A DNA stretch of 51,727 nucleotides, taken from assembly GCA_022449945.1 (NCBI GenBank), contig JAKURM010000004.1, positions 1 to 51,727 of the forward strand, given 5' to 3'. The notes beneath the pieces are model-generated. The model was not told the DNA's origin and did no database searches. It was given only the letters and a program-made list of their open reading frames with translations. The stretch comes from Candidatus Thalassarchaeum sp. GTDB taxonomy: Archaea > Thermoplasmatota > Poseidoniia > Poseidoniales > Thalassarchaeaceae. Positions 9,373-16,680 of the stretch are shown piece by piece. The position numbers were made by a program, and so were the translations under genes. The stretch's first letter is position 1. Every line of letters starts with the position of its first letter.

Positions 9373-10227
9373 CTACCCACAGAATGTGTACCAATCCTTG
9401 AAATCTGGGAGAGCCTCGATTGCATCGCCATTTACAATGAAGGGAATTAGTGGCATGCCATATGGGGCGGGCCCACCTGTCTTTTTTATTCCAATGAAGT
9501 CGAAGTCTTGTCCATTAGACCTGTTCCGAGCAGTGTTCTTCTCAATTACGGTAGGGTCATATCTACTGGAGTGACAGATACAGAAGAGCTTGTTTCCGCC
9601 CGAGTCAGTTCCACCCGGAAGCCAATTGTCTGCAGTGAAGTCATTGTTCACCAACTGCCATCCAGGTATACAACATAGATGCGGGCACCTGGAGAAAATG
9701 ATGATCATGTTGTCGTGAATTGAAAGCGAGGCAAACTCCTCTTTCTCTTCAATTTCATAACCAGAGCCTACGTATGCTCCGCTGGCCGTAACTCCATCCA
9801 TAAGTTGGAATCTCGGCTCGTTCTCACTCAGGGGCCTGTTCGTATTTTCTTCATGTGGTACGTAGACCGCGACAACAGGTAGTCCGGACCAAAGCCCTGC
9901 AGCAGCGGACATTCCCGTGGACGAATCGGCTGCTTCATCTCTGAATGCCTGCATGGTCATCGGTTGCTTATCCATATTCCCATACCATACTTCAGATCCC
10001 TTGGGTGCGTAGAAGAGTATAGCCTGATCCGAACCTCCCGAACTAGCCTGACCCATTAAAAATGAGGCAAAACCTACACTGCCTAGACTTGCCATGGTAA
10101 TCAGGCCGGCTGCCGTATTGAACGACATCCGCATGAATTCTCTTCGATCAACGAATCCTACGCCCTCTTTTGCCGAATCCTCATTTTCATGCAAAGGCCG
10201 TAGTTTGAATCTCCTAGCCATCATCAC
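9373..10227 (-). CDS. Rieske 2Fe-2S protein of a Rieske/cytochrome b complex
   Basis: Tat motif DRREFM followed by a TM helix; CPHLCC and CICHSSRYD boxes; GGPAP. Confidence 0.92.
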   Translation of the reverse strand: MMMARRFKLRPLHENEDSAKEGVGFVDRREFMRMSFNTAAGLITMASLGSVGFASFLMGQASSGGSDQAILFYAPKGSEVWYGNMDKQPMTMQAFRDEAADSSTGMSAAAGLWSGLPVVAVYVPHEENTNRPLSENEPRFQLMDGVTASGAYVGSGYEIEEKEEFASLSIHDNMIIIFSRCPHLCCIPGWQLVNNDFTADNWLPGGTDSGGNKLFCICHSSRYDPTVIEKNTARNRSNGQDFDFIGIKKTGGPAPYGMPLIPFIVNGDAIEALPDFKDWYTFCG

Positions 10228-10673
10228 ACCTCATATTTCTTCCATGCTTCTGGATCATTCCTTGTGATGTACTTGTTTCGCCTATGCTTTACTATGATTA
10301 CATCTGGTAAGACATACTTTAGGTACACGATTCCCATGATAATTAGGGTTAGAAGGGTCATTGCTAGGTTGAATGATAGTAGCTGCTGATCCCAGTGTTT
10401 GAATAGTCCATATGAAAGAGAGCCCGCCCAGAAAAGAGTCCAAAGAATTCCCCATAGTCCAACTAGTACGATCAACCAAGAGTCTCCTGACGGCGAAACG
10501 CTCGCTCTAACAATTGTTCCAGGCTTTGGTGAGTTGAATACACCATGATCAACTGCGGCCGAGTAAGACTCTTCAGAAATAGTGACATCTTCAAGTGCCT
10601 TGCGTGCGTCTTCCACGCTTACTTCTCCTGACTCGACTTGTCGGAGTAGGCGCATTACCACGTCGTCCTTCAT
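10224..10673 (-). CDS. Hypothetical membrane protein (2 TM) in the Rieske/cyt b operon
   Basis: 4-bp overlaps with both neighbours; short N-terminal helical hairpin plus two TM helices. Confidence 0.75.
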   Translation of the reverse strand: MKDDVVMRLLRQVESGEVSVEDARKALEDVTISEESYSAAVDHGVFNSPKPGTIVRASVSPSGDSWLIVLVGLWGILWTLFWAGSLSYGLFKHWDQQLLSFNLAMTLLTLIIMGIVYLKYVLPDVIIVKHRRNKYITRNDPEAWKKYEV

Positions 10674-11494
10674 AGTTGATCTCCCCTTCTAAGATGCTTT
10701 ATTCTCAGTTTTAGTAGATTACTCCGGCCAACATAATGTCTCGAGAATCCGTACCTGAGAAACAATCCACAGAAGATGATAACAAGCATTACTGCTGCGA
10801 ATCCTAGTAATCCTAGCCAGTGAGCTAGGAGCTCAGCACCCATGTGATGGAGATCTGTGTGCTCTTCCACTGGGGCAGGAGGGTTAATTTCACCATTGCC
10901 GGAGAATATCGTTCTGACCTTGCCGTTATCCGTCCCCTCATCAACACTGGCGGTAAGCCTATTCCACCTGTCTAGGTTTGACGGAGCCATATCGCCATTG
11001 ACAGCATTTCCAGCAACCCAGACAGTCATTGAACCCGATGATTCTTCCGGAGCAGTCCATACAATACTCCACTTCCTGTCAGCCGTGCTGGATCCAGCAT
11101 TGGTGTGCGTTAGGGTGGCCAGGTCACCCTCCCAGTTTTGAACCAGCCCTTCAAAACCATCTCCAGGTGAAAGTTCACCAGAGCTGACTCTCATCGAGAA
11201 TCCCCCAGTGTATGAATCAGCAGATATCTCAGGTCCACCAATCAATTGGATAATTAATTCATATTGCCCCCCAGCCTCGAATTGGTAGGGAAATCCATCT
11301 AAGATCACTGTAACTGAGTTATCCGGACTTTCAGAATGGCACGTGCATCCCGCTAGCGATACATCTCCTTGGTTATTGGCATCGCCACCAACTCCAGTGT
11401 GCAGTGCTTCGCTCGATCCAGCAAATATTGCAATTACAACCAACGTTGCCAAGTACTTTCGATGGGAAATCATTGTCTGTTTCTCACCTTCCAC
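10670..11494 (-). CDS. Secreted Reeler-like beta-sandwich protein with CxCH motif and C-terminal membrane anchor
   Basis: Signal peptide, GCTCH, Reeler-type Y.L.I..GGF..LTH..W..WTAP..GNAVNGD pattern, C-terminal TM helix. The true start may be a few codons downstream. Confidence 0.7.
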   Translation of the reverse strand: MEGEKQTMISHRKYLATLVVIAIFAGSSEALHTGVGGDANNQGDVSLAGCTCHSESPDNSVTVILDGFPYQFEAGGQYELIIQLIGGPEISADSYTGGFSMRVSSGELSPGDGFEGLVQNWEGDLATLTHTNAGSSTADRKWSIVWTAPEESSGSMTVWVAGNAVNGDMAPSNLDRWNRLTASVDEGTDNGKVRTIFSGNGEINPPAPVEEHTDLHHMGAELLAHWLGLLGFAAVMLVIIFCGLFLRYGFSRHYVGRSNLLKLRIKHLRRGDQL

Positions 11495-11541
11495 ATCAAA
11501 GTATATTGAGCCACAGAAAAGGGGGATATTAACGTTCCACC

Positions 11542-11560
11542 TCGGCCCCTACGGGGCCGA
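11542..11560. promoter_or_regulatory. GC-rich inverted repeat in a divergent intergenic region
   Basis: TCGGCCCC-TAC-GGGGCCGA, a perfect 8-bp stem. Confidence 0.4.
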
Positions 11561-11615
11561 TGATTAGTAGTAATCTCGGAACAACACTCAAACACCGGCG
11601 CACGAGTCCAGTAAC

Positions 11616-11921
11616 ATGACGGGTCCCCAATGGAAGAATGTGTACAACCTGGCCGAAGAGCAAGTTGAAAAATTAGATTTGGCGGAGCAATTGATGGAAA
11701 TGATGCAATTATCTGAAGCCGAGAAGACACTAATTGAGATGTTGGAGGAAAACTCCGAGTGCGTGCCAGTTCTGAATATCCTCGGCCATCTGAATGGAAG
11801 ATATATTTCTGATTTCGAATCGGCCATCGAGTATTATGAAAAGGTGATATCCTTGGAGCCTGACAATGCCTGGGCTCGAGATGAAAGAAGGCGATACAAG
11901 AGATATCTCACCTATGATTAG
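11616..11921 (+). CDS. Tetratricopeptide repeat protein
   Basis: VLNILGHL..AIEYYEKVISLEPDNAWA matches the TPR consensus. Confidence 0.8.
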   Translation: MTGPQWKNVYNLAEEQVEKLDLAEQLMEMMQLSEAEKTLIEMLEENSECVPVLNILGHLNGRYISDFESAIEYYEKVISLEPDNAWARDERRRYKRYLTYD

Positions 11922-11956
11922 AACAAGATAATCTAGTAATTTACTGGCCGGGAGCC

Positions 11957-12862
11957 ATGGAAGAAGGAGCCATTGTCATCGTTGGTGTCGGTGGTATAGG
12001 GTGCGCTTGGTCCCAAAGAGCCCACTCACTCTGCCAGGACCTTGCTGAATTATTATTGGTCGATGCGGACGAATCTTCTTTTTCTTCCGATCATGAAGCC
12101 AATTGTCTGCATCTTGATGCAGCCGGCGATGCAAGGGGGGCAGCCGCCCTACCAAATCTCGCTGAACATAGGTTGAAAGAAGGGATGGGCAACATTCAGC
12201 ACTTCCTTGAGAGATCAGAATTGGTCATCATTCTCTCTGCCCTTGGCGGTGGAACGGGTTCGGGTGCCACCTCTGAGATTGCTGCAAGAGCCAGAGAATC
12301 TGGTAGCCTGGTTTTGAGCATCGTCGGACTGCCCTTTGCCGAACAACCTCTAAGGTGCGCAATTGCCGACGTGGCCCTTCCTGAAATCGAGCGGAACTCT
12401 CACCTTTGCATTAGGGTGAGCCTTGAGAGGCTTGCATGGCAGGCGAGATACCGAAACTCAGACTGGAAGATGGGTTCGGAGTGGATAGGCGAACTTATCG
12501 AGGGTTTGGTTACTACATTAGCCCGAGTAGGAAAGATAAATCTTGATCTGATGGATTTGAGAACAGTTATCGATCGACCTGGTAATGCCACTCTACTAGT
12601 TGGCACGGGTTCGACTGAGAACCCATCAGAAGTTGTTCGCATGGCCCGAGAGTCACCCATGTCTGAGATCGGTGTCGATGGAGCAAAGGGTTGCTTGATA
12701 CAGGTTGAGGGCGGTCCTGACATGACTTTGGCACACCTGGATGCAGTTTCAGAAGGTTTTGTCTCTGCACTGGACAGTGACTGCCAGGTAATTCTTGGAG
12801 CCCGGTCAAGTGACGATATGGCCGGAAGCCTAAGACTCGTAGCCGTAGTCAGTGGCCTCTAG
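11957..12862 (+). CDS. Divergent FtsZ/tubulin family protein
   Basis: VGVGGIG, GGGTGSG tubulin signature, INLDLMDL T7-like loop, GGPDMTL..ILGAR..VVSGL C-terminal domain. Confidence 0.85.
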   Translation: MEEGAIVIVGVGGIGCAWSQRAHSLCQDLAELLLVDADESSFSSDHEANCLHLDAAGDARGAAALPNLAEHRLKEGMGNIQHFLERSELVIILSALGGGTGSGATSEIAARARESGSLVLSIVGLPFAEQPLRCAIADVALPEIERNSHLCIRVSLERLAWQARYRNSDWKMGSEWIGELIEGLVTTLARVGKINLDLMDLRTVIDRPGNATLLVGTGSTENPSEVVRMARESPMSEIGVDGAKGCLIQVEGGPDMTLAHLDAVSEGFVSALDSDCQVILGARSSDDMAGSLRLVAVVSGL

Positions 12863-14118
12863 TCGATAAGCTCAATCGTATCTTCATCGGGTACTGTTTC
12901 CATCTCTAAACTAATTTCATTATTCTGTGGAACAATTTCCGAGATAGCTGCTTCCTCCATCATTCCATTGCTTCCGTCCGAACCAAATGTTTCAAAATCT
13001 TTAGTCGCATTTACTCTAATTCGAAATACTGCAATTGGTGTGATTCCAACAATTACTAATGCCGTCAGAATGTGACCGAATGCTGTGGTAGTCAATAGGC
13101 TTCCTTTCGAAAGAGCGGACAGAGAAGAAATGCTTCCTGCGTACACATATCCAAAACTAATCCCCCAGAAAACTGCAGACTGCCCCTGGAAAATCTTTAC
13201 GCCTTTCTTACTGTTCTTGTTTGCCATAGACCAGACGGCCAATAGGATTGTAATTGCCATTAGCAATCCTTCCTCAACAATCATTGATGGCGTAACTTCG
13301 TTAGAAAAAAAAGGCATCCTTCTCCATGCACTGAAAACGTGCCAACATGCGGTCAGAGAAAGAAGAAATGCGACCCTATCGGCAATGACCCCGTCGATTT
13401 CAGTCGATTTCCTGGAGGTAGAAGTAATCCTGTCCACTATGCCCATAATTGAACCGATCAATATCAGAAATAGAGCCCATGCTAGATGTTCACTTGTACT
13501 GATATTTGCGTAATCTCCTGCGTCGTAGCCAAACCACCAAATAATCGGGCAGAACAAAACAAGGATAGCAACAATTCTCAGTGCCGAATAACCAAATCCA
13601 ATTCTGCTAGGCCTAATCTTCTTTGAAACTCTAGTGCCATAAGTAGACAATCCGATAGCCAATGTAATCGCTTGGAATATTGACATCAATACGAAAATCA
13701 TTCCAAGTGCAATTGCAATCCTCCCGAGCCATTCTTCTGCTTGAGAAATGGTCACAAATGAGACTATAGCAGAAATGCAAACAATTGGAAACAATGTTGC
13801 AGCACCCTTCTTCCAATACGATTTTCCAATTACCCCCCTGCTCTGGTGATCTACTCTTAGTAGGATGCCACCAATCTTTGATGGCGCGAAAATTGCAGCT
13901 ATGCAATATGACAGTGACAGCGAAAGAAAAATGACGGCACCCCTTTCTTGGATTCCAAATATGTCCACTTTCATCATTACGTAGAGCAGCCCGGTAATTA
14001 TCATCATTGCAAGGAAATGCGGCAGAGTTGAGGGGCTGGCGAATGACTTGAGAAGCCCTGTAACAGACCGTTCATTGCCCCCAATTCCCCCTTCCATGCC
14101 TTCTGGGGGACCCACCAT
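12859..14118 (-). CDS. Hypothetical polytopic membrane protein
   Basis: 419 aa, about 10-11 hydrophobic segments, acidic tail. Confidence 0.75.
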   Translation of the reverse strand: MVGPPEGMEGGIGGNERSVTGLLKSFASPSTLPHFLAMMIITGLLYVMMKVDIFGIQERGAVIFLSLSLSYCIAAIFAPSKIGGILLRVDHQSRGVIGKSYWKKGAATLFPIVCISAIVSFVTISQAEEWLGRIAIALGMIFVLMSIFQAITLAIGLSTYGTRVSKKIRPSRIGFGYSALRIVAILVLFCPIIWWFGYDAGDYANISTSEHLAWALFLILIGSIMGIVDRITSTSRKSTEIDGVIADRVAFLLSLTACWHVFSAWRRMPFFSNEVTPSMIVEEGLLMAITILLAVWSMANKNSKKGVKIFQGQSAVFWGISFGYVYAGSISSLSALSKGSLLTTTAFGHILTALVIVGITPIAVFRIRVNATKDFETFGSDGSNGMMEEAAISEIVPQNNEISLEMETVPDEDTIELID

Positions 14119-14146
14119 TGGTTAAGGTAAACCCCTTCCCGGTGCC

Positions 14147-14449
14147 ATGGCACGACTTAACAAGTCTGCTCGCGGAAAGCACAGGTGGGTGGGCATCGAG
14201 TCATCATTGCCTTGCTCAATTAAGAATGTGAAGGAAGAACTCAACAATATATCGGGTAAGATACAATGGAAATTACTTGATTTCCATATTTGGGCAGATT
14301 CTGCAACAATGATAGTCAAAGTACCCCTCGAAAGACATCATTTTGCCCTCGACAGAATTAACGAGATTGATGGAAAATCAACAATCACAAGCTCCGGAAA
14401 ACTTCGACTTGTTCGACATAGGATTTCTGAAAAACATAAATTAGAGTAG
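14147..14449 (+). CDS. RNase P protein component, Pop5/Rpp14 family
   Basis: RGKHRWVGI..IVKVP..TITSSGKLRLVR resembles the Pop5 R.RY..SGTI pattern. Confidence 0.65.
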   Translation: MARLNKSARGKHRWVGIESSLPCSIKNVKEELNNISGKIQWKLLDFHIWADSATMIVKVPLERHHFALDRINEIDGKSTITSSGKLRLVRHRISEKHKLE

Positions 14450-15793
14450 CCAATTTGTGCCATCCAAGTCGCAAATTTGTGATAATCCATTCCCGCAAAA
14501 GATCTCCATTTCGCCGTCCTTGCTTAGTCCAACGGGCCTCCTTGGGACACCGGCGATTTCCACAATTACTCCTTCTGAAAGAACTCTGGACAGTTTTCTC
14601 CATGAAAGATTTCGGAGCTCTTCCATATTTGGCAATTCAAACCACTCATTGTCTTCTAAGAGGGATGAAACTGCCGTATCAAGGATTCTGAAAACATCCA
14701 TTGCATCAATATCGCCCAACGTTTCCTCCCATCCCCCTCCTGAAATCTCGCCTTCTTCGAACCGGGTCCTGTTGGCTCCAAAACCAATTCTAACATCATC
14801 CGAATCACTCGACTCAATTAGCACCCCCCCAATCTTCCTTCTTTGTTTGGTAATTATGTCATTGGGCCACTTCATCTCAGCGTTTAGGGCATCACTGAGG
14901 ACTGAGCCGATACTTGTTTGTAGAAGGCCGGGGGAAATCGAATTGAATAACTCAGCATCCAGTTTCCATGTACTGGACAAACCATCCTTCATTGAAATCC
15001 ATTTGGTCCCCCTTCTTCCCCTACCATTCCTTTGAGAAAATGATAATACCCTCTGCCACCCTATATTTTCAAGTTTCTTTGCCTCGTCCATCGTGGAATC
15101 GCAAATGTCCAGAATTGTCGGTTTTACTCCCTGGCCGGTCTTCCAAAATCCAATTACTTCTAGACGCTCATTCCCGATTCTTTCGTAAGCAATTGAACGA
15201 GCAGACCACCCCATTTCTTTCCAGACCGAAGGATTACTTTCACTGATCGGATCAGTCCTCATCAGAATCAAAATCAACAAATCCCTCTTCCTTTTTTCGG
15301 AGTCAATTTCTAGGCTTCCGAGAAGCTTCGCCCCCCACCCCCCATTTCCAACATCGTTAAGCGCCACCGCCTCCATCTCCGGAATTTCTGACTCATGCCC
15401 CATCTCTAGATAGGGTATATTCCATACTAAAAGCTCTACATCACTAGGTATTTCCATCCCTTCCCCAATCCCAGACTCATGAACTTCTACTAACGCCGAA
15501 AGTCCGTGATTTTCCACATTCCCCCTCGTTGCTGAGACTGCATATGGATTCACATCACAACTAATCACATTCCAACCAAGGCTGGCAAGCTGCATTGTCA
15601 CTGCACCCGAACCACAACCAATCTCCAATGCTCTGCCATTTCTTTTCTTTAGTTTTGAAATAGCATCACAAAGCAGCAATGTGTCCTCCCTAGGTGGATA
15701 GACCGTCTCAGGAACCACTAGTTCGCATTCGCCGATCCCGATTATTGGAAACTTACATATCTTACTCGGGATTTCAATATGATACGAATCCAA
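14441..15793 (-). CDS. Fusion: HemK2/MTQ2-like SAM methyltransferase plus biotin--protein ligase
   Basis: N-terminal VYPPREDT, LEIGCGSG, DVNPYA, WNIPY; C-terminal DSTMDE, QxxGRGRRG..W, KWPND, KIGGVLIE. Confidence 0.88.
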   Translation of the reverse strand: MDSYHIEIPSKICKFPIIGIGECELVVPETVYPPREDTLLLCDAISKLKKRNGRALEIGCGSGAVTMQLASLGWNVISCDVNPYAVSATRGNVENHGLSALVEVHESGIGEGMEIPSDVELLVWNIPYLEMGHESEIPEMEAVALNDVGNGGWGAKLLGSLEIDSEKRKRDLLILILMRTDPISESNPSVWKEMGWSARSIAYERIGNERLEVIGFWKTGQGVKPTILDICDSTMDEAKKLENIGWQRVLSFSQRNGRGRRGTKWISMKDGLSSTWKLDAELFNSISPGLLQTSIGSVLSDALNAEMKWPNDIITKQRRKIGGVLIESSDSDDVRIGFGANRTRFEEGEISGGGWEETLGDIDAMDVFRILDTAVSSLLEDNEWFELPNMEELRNLSWRKLSRVLSEGVIVEIAGVPRRPVGLSKDGEMEIFCGNGLSQICDLDGTNWLL

Positions 15794-15832
15794 CTAATCA
15801 CCCATATTCCATATTCCCTATTTAGCCGGGTT

Positions 15833-15845
15833 GAAAACCTTTATC
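15833..15845 (+). promoter_or_regulatory. Putative BRE/TATA promoter of the tRNA-Lys/rpo operon
   Basis: GAAAACC-TTTATC: purine-rich BRE followed by a TATA-like box. Confidence 0.5.
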
Positions 15846-15968
15846 CGAATAATCACAGAAGGCGGTATGGACGCCTCTCCCGGGGCGATGCGATAGCCGA
15901 GCGCAAGCATGCGAGTCGCAAGGTTTTTGAAGACCCCCTAGGTCGGAGGATAGCCCAGCATTAGCCAT

Positions 15969-16042
15969 GGGCCTGTAGCTTAGTCAGGTAGAGCGCCGGG
16001 CTTTTAACCCGGTGGCCGGGGGTTCGAATCCCCTCAGGCCCG
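15969..16042 (+). tRNA. tRNA-Lys (anticodon TTT)
   Basis: GGGCCTG/CAGGCCC acceptor stem, CCGGG-CTTTTAA-CCCGG anticodon arm, GGTTCGAATCC T arm; no encoded CCA. Confidence 0.97.
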
Positions 16043-16092
16043 CCTGCTTGCTACTCAGGCCCTCGCTTTTCTGGAACCCGGGAGGCGAAATA

Positions 16093-16680
16093 ATGGCCGT
16101 AAAAAGCTCCACTAAGAAGAGACTTGTCGAACTAGGAATCGCGGAAGAGCACGCACACAGATTGGCCGACGACGCCAATCTAGATGCAATCAAGAGGATG
16201 TCAAGGGAACAGGTTGCAAAGAAAGTTGGAATCGAGGATAGCGATTCGGCTCTTGATCAAATAATGGGTGTAATCAGTGAACATGTAGGTTCCCGTAAGA
16301 GGACTAAGAGTAACCGAATTACCATTTCCCGCAAGGCCCTTCTCGAGGAAGATATTCCCAGGGGGGATTTCAGGTTCAATGTACTCAATCATTTCCTTGT
16401 CCCTCATCACGAACTGGTTCCAATCGAATCGGAGGAAACTGAGTTAGCGCCATGGGGGCTAAAGACTTCCGACGTTCACGGAAACAACCGGCTGGCGAAG
16501 GAGCTTCTTCCAAAAATACTGATCACCGATCCTGCAATTCAGGCCATAAAAGAAATGGAGGAGTTGGAAAACGACGAGCTCCCGGCGGGTTGGCTGACGA
16601 ACCGAGTCGTCAGAATCCGAAGGTATAGTAGATCGGCCGGCAGCTCGGTTGCATTTCGCTTGATTGTAGAGAGCGCATGA
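16093..16680 (+). CDS. rpoH: RNA polymerase subunit H (Rpo5) with N-terminal extension
   Basis: HFLVPHHE..LPKILITDPA..VVRIRRYSRSAG..FRLIV; ATG at 16093 after GGAGG; first gene of the rpo operon. Confidence 0.9.
   Translation: MAVKSSTKKRLVELGIAEEHAHRLADDANLDAIKRMSREQVAKKVGIEDSDSALDQIMGVISEHVGSRKRTKSNRITISRKALLEEDIPRGDFRFNVLNHFLVPHHELVPIESEETELAPWGLKTSDVHGNNRLAKELLPKILITDPAIQAIKEMEELENDELPAGWLTNRVVRIRRYSRSAGSSVAFRLIVESA

Noticed and set aside
11505-11540. ORB-like CCACAGAAAAGGGGG
   Set aside because: Single weak match, with no inverted partner or initiator gene.
15860-15968. 5S rRNA or SRP RNA
   Set aside because: No 5S CCGAAC-type or SRP helix 8 signature recognised on either strand.
16012-16092. 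ORF-track N-terminus of rpoH
   Set aside because: Overlaps tRNA-Lys; ATG at 16093 has a GGAGG site and aligns with the RpoA'' start.
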